Assembly (NCBI GenBank): GCA_964016885.1
Contig: OZ024743.1
Coordinates: 220,658,001-220,722,000 of the forward strand
Reading direction: 5' to 3'
DNA: 64,000 nucleotides
Source of the DNA: Eledone cirrhosa
Taxonomy: Eukaryota
A program made the translations under genes and the position numbers. The notes beneath the pieces are model-generated. The model was not told where the DNA came from, did no database searches, and was given only the letters and a program-made list of their open reading frames with translations. Shown here in pieces: positions 30,380 to 45,939 of the stretch (positions are counted from its first letter, which is position 1; each line of letters begins with the position of its first letter).

Positions 30380-31675
30380 TATTGGCGACGAATTGGTAGA
30401 GTTGTTAGTGTGTCAGATGATTAAAAGCCTTCTCAGTATTTGTTCCAGCTCACTTTCTTGAAATTCTATCGAGGTCCATTCTGCCTTGCATAATTTTCGG
30501 AATTGATAAATGATTATCGAAGATGGTGGATACCCAGATCATTAGAGCGTATGACAAAATGATTTACAAGCAATTAGTTATGACCATTTACCTTCTGAGT
30601 TCAAATTCAGCTGAAGTAAACATTGATTTTCATTTTTCTGTGGTCGATAAAATAAAGTACCCGTTAAGTACTGCGTGCCGATTTAATCGATTTCTCCCTC
30701 CCAAAATTTCTGGCCTTGTGCCTAAATTATAAATCATTATTGTTGTGTTTTGTGATGAAGGGACATCTTGATACCACTTCCAACTCGACTGTGATTATCA
30801 ATATTGTCCATGAAGGTTATGAACAAGAGAGGTGATAGTACGCACGTTTGGCGGTGTCCGTAACCCCACTGAATGGTTTCATGTTAGCATCATTTATACG
30901 AATGCAAATACTAGGTCATTCGTATATTTTGCTAACAAAAAAAAGTGTTTTAAGATAATCAGAAAAAAGTGCTGGTAATTGAGTGAAGAGGCGAAGTTGT
31001 GAAGACATTTACACTTAAAGAAAAACAAATGACAAAAGAAACGATGGCTTTAATATTTTTAATAACAAAAATAAAAACAACAGTTACCAAATACAGTGAA
31101 ACATTTATTTTTATCATAATTACTATCGAGGGAGTAAGGCGATGGATGGAAACGTTAAAGCGTTGAACAAGGGCTAAGCAGTATTTGTTCCGGCTCTTTA
31201 CGTTCTGAGTTAAAATCCCACCGAAGTCAACTTTGCCTTTCATCCTTCCGAGGTCGATAAAGTAAAGTATCTGTTATGTACTAGGGTAATCGACCTCCCC
31301 CTACATACAAATAACTGATCATTATTACTATCGAGGGTTTCTGAGTTCGAATCCCGCCGAGGTTAGCTTTACATTCAATCTTCAGGGGGTAGATGAAGTG
31401 ATTTACCAGTAAGTCACTGGTGTCCATTTAATCGACTTTCCCCTTCTCTTCAAATTCCTGGCCCTGCCCCAAATGTAGAAACAATTAGTAATGCAGGGAG
31501 AGTGATGGATTGGAAGAGTCATTAGAATGTCAGACAAATGTCTGCTCTTTATATTCAGAGTTAAAATCTCACCGAGGCCTTTCGATAAAATCAAGTAATA
31601 TCATCAATATAATCGACTTTCTGTTTCTCTCTAAATTGCTGGCCATGTATCCGGATTAGAAACACTGATTATTAA
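30380..31675 (+). mobile_element. Cluster of about five old family-1 SINE copies
   Basis: Repeated gagttcaaat/gtcgataaaa..aagtac/ggccttgtgcctaaa motifs near 30390, 30540, 31140, 31340 and 31500. Confidence 0.6.
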
Positions 31676-31717
31676 TGTGGGTCTCTACTTGTGTGTGAAT
31701 GTGTAACTCTACTGTTT

Positions 31718-31940
31718 AACGAAGGAAGTGTGGTAAGGAACAAGATGGACCATAATGCACCAGAGTACTCAATACTTAGGATAGTAGAGTGGGTAATAGG
31801 AAAATGTTTGACCCCGACGGCAGAGCTCAAGCCGTTTCGACAGCTATTTCTGGACACCAGAAATAGCCGTCTAAACGGTTTGGTCCACTAAACTATTATG
31901 GTCCACCTGGTTCCTTGCCACACTTTCTGTTTTCTTTGTT
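31718..31940 (-). mobile_element. Family-C fold-back mini-element, copy 3 (second arm internally deleted)
   Basis: aacgaaggaagtgtggtaaggaac...axis tttctgg-aca-ccagaaa...tggtccacctggttccttgccac. Confidence 0.8.
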
Positions 31941-31983
31941 ATATATATATATATATATATGTTTATGTACATGTATATATATG

Positions 31984-32048
<65 letters not shown>

Positions 32049-32107
32049 AAGGGCGGTGCCCCAGCATGGCCTCAGCCGGATGGCTGGAACAGGTAAAAGA
32101 GTAAAAG

Positions 32108-32201
<94 letters not shown>

Positions 32202-33074
32202 GTGTGTTTGCGTGAATCCCTACTGTTATGTTTTTATATTATGTTTTCTAATACTTGTATACGCATTTCATGCTTTATTAAATTAAATTCATTTTATCTA
32301 TTGTATACCGTCCTTGATCTTACCTTCGTTTTATTATAACTTTCTTTGTCCCTCCCCACCTGCATTACTGTAACCTCTATATTTATAAATGTTTCTGTAT
32401 TCTATGTGGTAGTCCTTTTGTCTAATAAAGAAAATGTTAAGTTTGCCACAAGTAGGAAGCAGCGAATGTGACTGTGGGAGTATAGCCTGTAGTGTATCAC
32501 ATTGACATTATTCATTTATTTTATTGTTACGTCAGTTATAAAAGGCAAAGTCAACACTGAGAGAGCGGGGGATATCACAAACAACACACGATCCCATAAA
32601 AGCAACTTTATGTGGCATTTAGATATGAACCTTTTCGTTCTGTGTTCTACCTTTCATCTTTCCTAGTTCGATAAAACAAGAGCCAACAAGTATTGATATC
32701 GATTTAATTGATCAACTATATCCCGCCCTTTTTCTTTCAAATTGCTATCTCTCTATATGAGTGTAATTGTGATGCAGCACTTTGGGTGCAGATTTCATTT
32801 CACTGAATTGATTTCACTTTGCAACTATTTGGCTGTTCTAGAGTCACTAATAACTTTGCTTTACAATCCCTAACAACAAATTATGACATTCCGTGTTTTT
32901 CATTAAACCTGCGGCCTTGTGATTATATTACAAATTATACTTTTGCGTCGATTCCGAATTTCGAGTGGATTATAAATATTTGAAGAAACTAAATAAAGTC
33001 AAAACCCAGTAATATGCTGGGGTTAAGTTAATCAAATTTCATTTATATCCCAACATATATGAAGGCAAAGTGAA

Positions 33075-33325
33075 TGTGCGTGGCTTAATTGTGAGGGTAT
33101 TGAGCTCAAGATTATATGGTTGTGCGTTCGATTCCCGGACCCAGGGTGTTTCATTTCACAGGGCCTCAGTTTAGTCAGCTGAAAATGAGTATCAGGGCTA
33201 GAACTCGAATGGATTGGCGTCCTGTCCAGGGAAAGAATCTTGTACTCTCAATCAGTTAATGCTTGTGAAACAATGACAACCTCCTGGCTTCTTCGAAACC
33301 GTGCAAACAGACGTAAAATAATAAC
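33075..33325 (+). mobile_element. tRNA-derived SINE, family 2
   Basis: gcgtggcttaattgtgagggtatt..gttcgattcccggacc..tcagctgaaaatgagta..gacgtaaaataata. Confidence 0.65.
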
Positions 33326-34485
33326 TCTGATTTTCACAACTTGAATGTAAACCTCTGCCAAGATAGACCTGGTTCTTCAGTCAGGAAAGGTGTCGGTGTG
33401 ATACATTTTCTACGCTTTGTAGTTTCTGGTTTTACTCATGGATATGAAACGAACTTCACAACCATTCGGCCATGTCTGCATCCCTTCTGGAATAGCATAA
33501 GATTCGGAATTTGGGTAGAAGATCAGCAAATTTTGGGGAAGCACAAAATTGATTAATAGAATTTTAGCGATCATGAAATATGAAAGGCACAGCTGGCATC
33601 GGAAGGAGTTGAACTAAAAATTTAAAGTGCCTAATACTTATATACACTTTTATCCGGCGCTCTACCAATTTTCTCAATCCATGAACCTTAATGATTTCAA
33701 ATTTTGGTATAAGACCAAAACGTTTAGGGGAAGTTCGACTTCATCGACAGAAGTACATTACTGGTACTTTATTTTATCGATGTTGGAAGGATATAAGGCA
33801 AAGTTGACCTTGACGGGATTTGAACTACGAACGTAAAAAGCCGGAAACACACTGCTAGGCATGCATCTGGCCCTCTAACGGCTTTATCATTCCACTGCCC
33901 TACCCTGGAACAGTATTTAATATTTAATATCTGCAAGGATATTGATTGCAATGTTATTTGTATGTATATTTGTTGTTGTTGTTGTTGTTTTTATATTGTT
34001 GTTGATGTATTTGGTGTCGATGATTAAGTTGTTGCTACTGATGCTTATACTGTTACGCTTGTTCCCTACATCATACTCATCGATCATTGACCAGATCCAA
34101 GGTATAGAGATAGATACGAACAACATTGCCAATTCATGTAAACAGTCAGATAATGACAAGCGTAGCTTTTCATTCAGACCGAGCGGGGTGTATGTTTGTG
34201 TATACATCTTGTGTATATGTTTGTGTATACATCTTGTGTGTATGTTTGTGTGTACATAGAATTTACGCACACATCTATATGCATATATACAAGCATCACC
34301 ACCATATATTATATTATATTATACACACACACACGCACGCACATATATATATATATATATACATATACATGTACATGTATATATATAAATATATATATAG
34401 AGATAAAATATATATATATATATATATACATATACATATTTATGTATATATATATAGATAATATATACATAAACATATTTATATT

Positions 34486-34556
<71 letters not shown>

Positions 34557-34586
34557 CATGTTTATAGATATGTATATATATATACA

Positions 34587-34638
<52 letters not shown>

Positions 34639-34742
34639 AGAGAGAGAGAAGAAAAAAATAACTTCTTATGTGCCAGGTCAGGTTTCTGTTACTTCTTGTT
34701 CCTACACATACGTATATTTCTAATTCTTAAAAATAAAATAAT

Positions 34743-34781
<39 letters not shown>

Positions 34782-34798
34782 GTATATATATATTTATG

Positions 34799-34831
<33 letters not shown>

Positions 34832-35160
34832 ATATATATTTATGTATATATATATATATATATATGTAAGAATATTTTCGAAACAGCGAGTTGGTTTGAA
34901 ATTATTAGAAATATAAGCTATCGCCGTATTTTGACTAAAGAAATGAAAGAAATTATTTAGCCTGAGTGGGGTTAAGAACCCTTGGAGAAATGGAAAAAGA
35001 TGAGTATTGACGTACATGGGAGTCGAACCCATATCTTTGGTTATCCGGACCACTGTGCTACCATTTACCCCAACACACATATATATATATAATGATAAGA
35101 GGGTGTTATATATATATATATATATAATGATAAGAGGGTGTTATATATATATATATATAT

Positions 35161-35367
35161 AACAAAGGAATTGTGGTGAGGAACCAGATGGAGCATAAGG
35201 CACCAGAGTACTCAATACTTAGGCTAGTAGAGTGGGGAATAGGAAAAGGTATGACCCCGACGGCAGAGCTCAAGCCGTTTCGACGGCTATTTCTGGACTG
35301 AAATAGTAGTTAGTCCAGAAATAGCCGTCGAAACGGCTTGAGCTCTGCCGTCGGGGTCATACATTTT

Positions 35368-35369
<2 letters not shown>
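35161..35369 (-). mobile_element. Family-C fold-back mini-element, copy 4
   Basis: Palindrome 35241-35369 centred at ctggact-gaaatagtagtt-agtccag plus a one-sided tail; in (TA)n. Confidence 0.88.
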
Positions 35370-35431
<62 letters not shown>

Positions 35432-35487
35432 ATTACGGGAGGGTCATGTTGCCAATAAAATAACACCGCCACATAGGGTTCACTTCG

Positions 35488-35561
<74 letters not shown>

Positions 35562-35697
35562 ATTATATATATATATATATATATAATATATATATATTAT
35601 ATATATAATATATATATATATATATAATATATATATATAATATATATAATATATATATATAATATATATAATATATATATAATTATATATATATATA

Positions 35698-35753
<56 letters not shown>

Positions 35754-35814
35754 TATATATATATATTATATATATTATATATATATATATTATATATATT
35801 ATATATATATATAT

Positions 35815-35935
<121 letters not shown>

Positions 35936-36135
35936 TATATATATATAATTATATGAATGTGTGTGTACAATGTATGTTTAGTGTTGACGGTTGAGAAAAT
36001 TATTACCGTTGTAGAAATTCAAAATATTAATAAAGATTACAATTTCATCAGACAAGACACAAACTGATATATATATATTTCGTTTTTGTATTTGTTTTGA
36101 AACTTTTTTTTATCTGAAACGTGTATTGAAAAAGA

Positions 36136-36412
36136 TATAGTTATACTTTGGGAGGGTCATGTTGCCAATAAAACACACACGTCTGTTTTGGATTCACTTC
36201 AATTTATTATTATAATTTTCCAGTCAGTTAGTTTAATAACCGGATGTTTCTGTAGTTTAGCTCACAAAAACAAACTGCGTAAGACGGAAGAAAGGAAATA
36301 TGCAAAATAACTACAAAGCTGGTCACTGAGGAGGTCACAATATATGTGACGAAAGAGTATTGACAATAAATAACTAAACAAACATCCAGTTATTACAGTA
36401 ACCGACTAGAAA
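36136..36412. mobile_element. PLE-A-family end fragment with internal inversion and HHR (36322-36364, +)
   Basis: gttatactttgggagggtcatgttgccaataa terminus; gtca-CTGAGGA-g-gtcaca(atata)tgtgac-GAAA-gagtat-tgac; a further terminus fragment at 35437-35490. Confidence 0.7.
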
Positions 36413-36469
36413 CCATTTAACATAGCCTTAAGTTGCTTTGAGCCTTCTGAGTAAAATTAAGTAGACAGC

Positions 36470-36670
36470 AATAAATTAAAAACTCGTCGGATGGACTATA
36501 TCTCCAATACATAGGCACACCCTTGTCACCCACAGTGATATGCTAAATCTGTTCAATGATTTTGTGAGGGTTACACATGTCTGTGATATACACTACTTCA
36601 AGAAGAAAGTTGTTGCGTTGGTGGATCAACTAAAAGCCAACGTCGAAACCGACGGAAGATATATTTACGA
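36470..36670 (+). pseudogene. Possible highly decayed mariner transposase C-terminal relic
   Basis: GWTISPIH.. and FKKKVVALVDQLKANVETDGRYI loosely resemble the mariner GWEVLPHP.. and ..GIxKLxxRWxxVIExxGxYI segments. Confidence 0.3.
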
Positions 36671-38809
36671 TTATATCTATATACAAAAATATATCTAGAA
36701 ACAAAAATAAACATATGCATAAAAAATATCACACATAAAATTATTATGTCTGTATTTGTGTATGTGCTTGATCACACACAAAACATATATATATGTATAT
36801 ATATATATATATCTAAATACTTTCATAGATAAAACAAACATATGCATAGAAAGTATCACATACGAAATTATCTTGTTTGTATTTGTGTATGTGCGCCACC
36901 ACCACGCACATATATATATATATATATATATGTATATACATATGCATACATACACACACACACACACATATATATATATAAGCTTGCATGCACATATGTA
37001 CGTGCATATAAATATAAATGATAGTTAGGTCGTTTAATGCAAAACGCTAGACGGGCAATCAATCATTTAGTCATATAAACACTTAGTAAAGGCATTCACA
37101 GATATAGATTTTTCTCGACTAATTCACCTAGATATAGAGACAGTGATGTACTATGACATATTAATAGGTTTAGTGCGATGAGGTCCTCCGAAGTACTCCG
37201 GATGTTGAAGAAAATCAGCCTACAAGTTTGATGTTTAGCTCAAAGACTCGGAACTATGGACAAATTTCCTGAAATACGCAACCTGGCAGGTTTACCGAGG
37301 AAGGCGGGGAATTGATGCTCCTGTTCCGGATATATTCTTGTAGCAAGCACGGTTGCACTCAGTACTCACGTCTAACCATAGTGCACTCATAGAGCAATGA
37401 AAACGTTTTGCACTCATTGGATAAATGTTCGAGCATTGCTAACTTATGAAATTATGTCACAATATGGCCAAAAGGTTAAACAGTTTGACTCGCAATCGTA
37501 ATGTCACGGCTTTTATCTCACTGCTTGCTATCTTGAGCAGGCATCATTTATCATAGCATTAGGTTGACTCGATGCTTGAGAATGACGTTAGGTAGATGAA
37601 AACTGTTGTGAATCTCGTTGGATGGACTGAAAATGATATTTAGTGATCAATCCTTGTCAAAACTGGCAAACTGAATCTTATTAAGATTTACGTTGTTGTT
37701 CACGTGTCTCTGGAATGCTCTTCACTTGTACATCAATTGCATGAGCTGTTATGTTGTTCAAACAATTGGAACACTCATTACCGGACCTGAGGGATGTCCA
37801 TTCAATGTGGAAAAGTTAATGCCACGCAATAAGCCTAGTAGATTGTGAGGATCGTCAAGCCGTCTTTTTTGGTCCTGGAGAAGAACGAAGAAAGGGCAAT
37901 TTTACTAAGTCTGAACACCTATTTGTAACTTCCGTTTACTGCAATGTATGAACACATTTCAATTGATATTTAAGAATGATCATGATCGTATTTTAGACTA
38001 ATTCCTTCCAACAAGAGGCCAGCCTATTTGGGAAGTCGATATGCTATCTGCTAGTTGTAACTCCTGACACAATGTCACTATATTTCCGGTGAGAAACTTA
38101 AAAATACAGAGCCAGAACAAATACCACTGGTAACTTTAAAGATTCCGCAAATCTCTATCTCTTAGATTAGTACCTTACCAACCAGGTAAGGATGAAAGGC
38201 AAAGTTGACGTGTACGGCATAGGAAATCAGAACACAGAGAATCGGAACAAATACGGAAGCGGTTAATCCGATGTCTTAAAGGTTCTGAAACTTCGTCGTT
38301 TCTATCTATTGGCTAAAGCAAAAGAGCGAACAAGATCAGAAGGATTGCAGACCGACCATGTCTTCTCCCGACTAAACCTTCATTAACTGCCCCAAGTTTA
38401 ACTTGGGAAGGTAGGTGAGGTTAGAGAGAAAGATGCTGTTCTCCTTTTAATTTGCGGATGAGTTGATGAGGATGACAGAGGTGAGAACGGCTTTCATAGT
38501 TGTGTCTATCAGCTTACAAGCGTAGGCCAGGGAAGCGAGTTGGAAAAAGGCACATGCTATTAGTAGTAACTGAAATCCTTTGTTGGCGTGGATTCCTTGA
38601 TTGGTTCTATCTAGAAGACTGACCACTTCTTCAAACGTGTCATTTCATGCATTTTGTATATATTCCTGTTTTCCATACTTGTTAAGTTGTTTCATGCAAT
38701 TCATACTTCGAAACCCCACCACCATTTCACGATCAAGTGTCCCCTTCATTTAAGACCCATGGGGCAAATAAAAGAAACTATTGTTATTATAAGAAGCATT
38801 ATTCATTTT

Positions 38810-38949
38810 AGTAGCAGTAGTAGTAGTGGTGGTGGTAGGAGTAGTAGTAATAGTAGTAGTACTAGTAATAGTAGTGGCGGTGGTGGTGGTGGTGGTAGTA
38901 TTAGTAGAGGTAGTAGTAGTAGTGGTGGTAGTAGTAGTAGTGGTAGTGA

Positions 38950-39018
<69 letters not shown>

Positions 39019-39066
39019 CTGTATTAGTAATAGTACTAGTAGTAGTATTGCTGGTGGCACTAGTAT

Positions 39067-39136
<70 letters not shown>
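38810..39136. repeat. (TAG/TGG)n trinucleotide microsatellite
   Basis: Direct reading; explains the poly-S/V/L ORFs. Confidence 0.95.
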
Positions 39137-39137
<1 letters not shown>

Positions 39138-41194
39138 ATATCATCATCATATTTTAAATAGTTTTGGTGGAGTTTCTACTGCACTATCCCATAGACTTCA
39201 GTGTCCCAGAAGATAGGGTTTGGTAGTTTGTTGCATCACTGTTATTTTAATGTATTGTCTTGTGTGTTGTGTAGAATATGTGCAATGTGTAAAGTGCATG
39301 TGTTATATAAGTATGTGTGTTGTGTTGAGTATGTGTGGTGTGTAGAGCATATGTGTTGTGTAGAGTATGTATGTTGTGTAGGGTATGTGTCGCGTGTAGA
39401 GTATGTGTGTTGTGTACAGTATGTGTGGTGTGTACCGTACGTGTGTTGTGTACAGTATGTTCAACGGGAATTGCATTCTTTAGTTAATGACAGCTCTGTC
39501 TCTTACGCTCTGTGTGATTGGTATGATGGGTTCTTTTGATTCCACTGCATGGTATTTTAGGCAACTGTCTGGTGTAAGTCCAAGCCTGGACAGTGAAATT
39601 AGGGAGATAGAAACTGTTTGGAAGTCCGCCAGATGAACTGTATCTGTTTGAAATGATTGAGATGTCTATCGAAGTAACAGGCATTTTCGTACCTGTCCTT
39701 TATAGGTTTATCTGGAAGGTTGTTTTTATATCTCCTTGGTAGCCTAGATAAGCATATTACAGATTATGGTAGCCAGGTTGATGCCATGACCCTGTTTATA
39801 ACTCTTTCTATTCGCTTCTACGTTGCAGTGTTGGCACACTGTTCAATGGACATGTCTGCTCACTTGATCACGTCTGTGAATATATTCAGACTTAGCTTCG
39901 ACTGAATAAGCCAGATATGATGAAATCAATTATATATTTATAATGGTTGCCTAATTTTTACTTGATGTTAGCAACCTTCTCCAAAACAGTATAGTTTATA
40001 TGAAGTGTTTTGATATATGTGATTATGGTTGTTGTAAGAAAGCCGGTAGCATGCAAATTAGAATTAGAAGAGTGAAAAACTAGAGTAGAGTAAAGTTAGA
40101 AAAACAAAACAAAACAACAGTTTTCACTTTTACCTTATATTTCATATTTCGTGGTTATGGCTCCTTTAAAAAAAAAAAAAAGCAATAGGGTGTGGTGTTT
40201 CTTCATTATTACATGTATCTCAGTAATTATTTCGGGATAGAATTTGGTCATGTGCAGCTAGAAGCACACTTTCTCTTTCTGCTTTTAATCCATTGTTTTG
40301 AGCCATTCTTATCTTTCACTGTTGCTTATTTCCTTTCTGTCGAATTTTAGTAGGTATTGGTCATGGCGTGGTTTTATTCTCCACTTTCCTTCTTTAGAAA
40401 TCCATGTTGATCTCCTTTTTTTTTATTTTTAAACGTTTACTTTGTTTTATCCTGACCTAAATAATTTCTTCAGGCTAGTTAGCGTCCAGTTTTTACTTTA
40501 TTATTTCCTCATACATTGACAAGTTTTTCGTTTATCGCATGCTTCCTTATTACATTAAATAGTTTAATTTTACTTGCTTCTAATTATTTCTTTTCCTACT
40601 GTGTTGTTGCTTTGTATATATCTGATTTCGTACACACACTCTTCACAGGGCAGGTATACTATAATTTCTGGATTTCTTTTCTGAGCTCTTTAACTTAAAA
40701 TATTTGATGTTCCTTATTCCTGGGATGTCTTGTGTATATACACCTTTTATATTTAACATTATATTGACCCTCATGTAGTATACTTTATTAATTTTCACCT
40801 TCATTAAGCTGTAGGGATAAGAGTAGTTTCGAACTTTGTATCAAATGGAATGTTCTCAATTTTAGTTACCTTGTCTCTTCTTATAATGTCTTTGGCATAT
40901 TCGTATACTCCTATACTAATTTTTATCTTCGCTGAATTTACTAAAATTTCGATGAAATACATATAAACAAGATTTTTATAGTTTGTTCGTAGGATATAAA
41001 TCATTTGAAGTCATATTTAAAACATTTGTTAATGAAGTTAAAACTGAGAAAAAGTGTGGGGTGGATATTGAATCTCCCAGAAAGATTCCTCATTTGTTGG
41101 GTATGTCACTGAATTTCATCTTCTTCTCTGCTTTGTACTTATACGAGTTGGTTTTCACTTGTTTTTGCCTAGCAAAGGTTTTATTGTTTTGCTG

Positions 41195-41388
41195 TCATCA
41201 TCATTCTATTCACTATCTTCCTCCTCCGCCTCTTCCTCCTCCTCCTCCTCATCATCATCATCATCATTGCCATCATCATCATCATCGTCATCGTCATCGT
41301 CATCATCATCATCCTCATCATCATCATCATCCTCCTCCTCCTCATCATCATCATCATCCATCATTATCATCATTATTATTATTACTAT
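41195..41388. repeat. (CAT/CCT)n microsatellite
   Basis: Direct reading. Confidence 0.95.
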
Positions 41389-42131
41389 AAGATATTTCTA
41401 GTGTCACGTTTTCATTGCCCGAAACATTTGGCACAAATTGTTGTTCGTTTTCCCTTTTCGGTATTTGTTCTAAATTGTTTGTTGTAGTGTCGTGTGTCAC
41501 ACGGGGACAGTCGATTCATTGATTGTGGGGCTTTCGATGATTTTATAATTTTAGTTCTGAAAAATTTCAAAAAATAAAATATTTATATAAACATAACGCT
41601 GATTTTGGCAGTCGGCCATCAAGAAAGAATAATGAGAGGAGATGAGAGTAGAGAGAAGGATGTTGCTACTGACTCCACTTCGACACTTTTACTAAGAAAT
41701 ATCCCACCCCCACATACACCACTATTGGCAACTAAAACACCCCCACGGGAAAGGGCAAGAGAACGAACCTTCGCTATTCTGCTAACGCTGAAATCAAGCG
41801 CTGTAAATTCGTGACAGAAGGGACCGGCCACACCAGCACTATAAACCAAAGATGATATAAACTAAATTACACTGACACGTAAGCATATATTCTTATGCCC
41901 CTAGCAAACGCATCAGCCACCTCACTTTCCGAATGGTCTCAAAGGACGAAGATGATATGAAGGGAGTATGGCAACAGGTAAGGAAAGGAGAAGTGAAGAA
42001 AAGAAAGAAACAAAATCCATAGGAATCTGAAAGTGGTAACTCTGACGTCACATAACAATACACACAAACCACCAATTTACACGAACAACAACGAAACCCG
42101 CCACATCTACTAATACTACCACTGCGGCGAT

Positions 42132-42218
<87 letters not shown>

Positions 42219-42914
42219 TATATATTATGTTATAAAGTGTTAGGTGGAACCCGACGGCTGTTTCAACAGCTAGTTCCATACTAGCTGTTTTTACATTTAT
42301 AAATACATATGTATATGTATGTGTGTACCTTTCCATTTCTCTCTCTTTCTCTCTCTCTATATATATATATAGACAGAGAGAGAGAGAGAGAAAGAGAGAG
42401 TGGGAGAAAGAAAGAGAGAGAGAGAGAGAAATGCTTATACATGAATTATTCTATTCATACATATAATAAACAATGCACATTCTCATTTAAACACATACAT
42501 AGATACATACCTCACTTACACATACACACATACATACCTACATACATACGTATTTACATATATACCTACTTACATACACACACTCACTCAACAATATATC
42601 CGTATACATACACATTCAACCAGTCTGTGAGGTAACAATAACTGGAAAACAAACAGAAACAAAGAAATGGCAACAACGAAGGCAAGCTTTCCTCGAATCT
42701 ATCCACTCTGTATAATATGATTAACTTTTGAATCCAGTAGCAATCCCCCATATTAAATGAAAGCAATAAGCACACCACTATACATTATTATAACTAACAC
42801 TGATGATGATAAAAATAGGACGTTATCAAACATTGTATCGTAATTTTCAAAGAGTGGAGCTGGCTGCTAACGAAACTTACGTTTCTGATTGATAGTTTTT
42901 CGTGTGGCCATTGA

Positions 42915-43965
42915 TGTTTCCCTCTCTTACAGCAAACACTTTCCTAATAACCATTTCTTCCTCTTCCTTTATGGCTCTCCCACTTTTATTCTTTATTCTT
43001 CTCTCTTTCCTACTCCCTTCTCCAACTATTTCTCTGTCTCTCACATTCTCCATTCACAATTTCTCCATCTTTCTTTTGCCCTGTATCTCTCCTTACCCCT
43101 CTCTTAATCACTTTCTATACTACCCTTTCTCTCTCCTACTCTTTCTCCCTCCTACCATCTCTCTCTCATACTCTTTCTCTATCGCCTACTATTTGTCTGT
43201 CTCTAACTCTCTCTCTTTCTCTCTCACACTACTCCTGTTTCTTTATGGTTCTCTCTCTCCCACACTTTTTCTCTCCTACTCTCTCTCATTACCCTTCTAC
43301 CTCTCTTTACATCTCTCTTGCTTTACCTCACTTCCTCTTTACCCCTTTGTCTATCTTTCTCTAGCATCTCATCACATTCTCTCTATCTTTCTCCACATCT
43401 CATGTTACATCCCTCTCTCACTCACAATCCCTCTCTTTCACACAATCTCTAACACATTTTCTCTCCACCCCCTTTTTTCACCCCCTCTATCTAGTTATCT
43501 ATCGCCATCCTTTCACTTGATAACTCTCTATATCTCTTCAGTCCACCGCCCTCAGTTATTTCTCTCTCTACACCCTATCACTCTCTATGTTTTCCCCCAC
43601 CCCTCATTCTCCCCGTCACGTCGCTGTTCTATTCTTTCTTTCCCATTCTCTCTATACAACTTCTCGCTCTTACTATATTTCCTCCTCTTTCTCCTAATTT
43701 TCCTCGCACTCGCACTCCTCTCTGTCCCCCCCCCCTCTTCCCCTATATTTTCACCCTCTCTCTCTTCCAATATTTCTCACTCTCCCAGTCCTCTCTGTCT
43801 TTCCTTGTCCTTCTCTATCTTTCCACCCTCTCTCATTCCTACTCTCTCCCTCCCAATTTTTCTCGCAATCCCTTTCCATTCTATTTTCCTTCTCCTTCTC
43901 TCTCCCTTTCTCCCCCTCTCTCTCAGTCCCACATCTATCTATCATCTATCTCTCTCGGTTCCTCT
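42915..43965. repeat. ~1-kb CT-rich low-complexity (polypyrimidine) tract
   Basis: Almost no G on the + strand; explains the 360-aa S/L/F/P ORF. Confidence 0.9.
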
Positions 43966-44244
43966 TGCCGCACTTAACATCTAATTACTCTTAAAGGTTT
44001 CTCGTTCAGAGAGAATTTGATATGATGTCACTTTCTTATTGCTTTATACTTTAGATGTGTACTTTATACACTTTTTATACGTTATATGTAGACCATATAT
44101 TTTAGATATAATTTCATCTAAAGCGTTTAGCCACGAAGCAGGAAATGAGAGTTTTTTCGTAATAAATATGAATTTTTCGTAATCATGAAAATACAAAAAT
44201 AAGATACACACACGCGCACACGCATACACCCCACCACACCCTCG

Positions 44245-44289
<45 letters not shown>

Positions 44290-44425
44290 GCACGCACACA
44301 AACACAGAAACACATACACACGCACACACACACACATACACACATATACACGCACATACACACACATACACACATATATATATATAAAGCGAGGTTTCAG
44401 ATTAAGGTCTTTATTGATTATATAT

Positions 44426-44509
44426 AGTTACGACCGTTTCATAGTTGGGTGGCTCAAGCTTTATATCAATGATATAGACCCGAAACCATCCCAATCTGCT
44501 CTTCTGACT
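44426..44509 (-). ncRNA. Degenerate type I HHR (core CAGAAGA)
   Basis: agt-CAGAAGA-..ttggg..cccaa..-GAAA-cggtcg-TA-act on the minus strand. Confidence 0.5.
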
Positions 44510-44557
44510 TGTTAATCAAGCAAAGCCAAAATCTCATATATATATATATATATATAT

Positions 44558-44928
<371 letters not shown>

Positions 44929-44992
44929 CTATATATATAGTGAAATAAGATAACAAGGACGATTGGTTACTCCATCATTACGTTTATTGATT

Positions 44993-45077
44993 GGTGACGC
45001 GCGTTTCGCCACTGATCTGCTCAAGGTTCGATCTGTATCGATCTGACCTGACTCTGTAATCCGCGGCTCGTCAGACC
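44993..45077 (-). ncRNA. Well-formed type I HHR with extended stem II (orphan pLTR)
   Basis: ggt-CTGACGA-gccgc..gtggc-GAAA-cgcgcg-TC-acc; palindromic stem III acgcgcgt; GUC triplet. Confidence 0.85.
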
Positions 45078-45230
45078 CCTTGTAATGTTAATGGAAGAAT
45101 GAATACATGTTGTATGATAAAGTCAGAAACAACAACAAGGAGTACAGTTACGAAAGGTGCTAGGTATGAAGTTCACGCTTGAGAATATATATATATATAT
45201 ATATACACACACACGCACACACACACACAC

Positions 45231-45290
<60 letters not shown>

Positions 45291-45448
45291 ACAGATACAC
45301 ACACACACACATATATATATGGAATTATGGAATAGTCTATCGAGCTGGGATTGGGAAGACCACAAATCAAAGTAGTACTCGAAACATGGTAAGATACAGC
45401 AGAGTAGGTATATCAGTGAAAATAGAGCATCCTATACTTTCATTAATA

Positions 45449-45503
<55 letters not shown>

Positions 45504-45802
45504 GGGGGTGAGAGAGAGAGAGAGAAGTGGTGCTAAACATATGACCCTCAGCTAACAAGGGTAAAAACTATAAATTTAGTTCCAACGCACATAATGTTTC
45601 GTAATGGGCTTTTAGATAATAAAAAATGAAGGAAGATTGATTTACAACAAAAGAAATACAATAATACAATATATTAAACACAACAATCTTAATGTGAAGA
45701 TATGTTATGTAAGATAATAAGAGCAGATGGAAGAAGTGAAATGTCGAACATATATATACATATATATGCAAACATACCCAAATATATACATACATATTTA
45801 CA

Positions 45803-45862
<60 letters not shown>

Positions 45863-45872
45863 ACACACACAT

Positions 45873-45939
<67 letters not shown>

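Noticed and set aside
38654-39161. Poly-Ser/Val/Leu ORFs
   Set aside because: (TAG)n microsatellite
40200-41200. Possible decayed LINE endonuclease region on the minus strand (also 22380-23230)
   Set aside because: Only a GDFN-like hint across frameshifts; too degraded to call
41402-41878. TGTCAC...TGACA segment as a solo LTR
   Set aside because: No target-site duplication or second copy found
42797-42842. CTGATGA followed by a tgataa/ttatca hairpin
   Set aside because: GAAA and stem I are missing; at best a dead HHR relic
42902-43984. 360-aa S/L/F/P-rich ORF
   Set aside because: Polypyrimidine low-complexity tract; no domain signal
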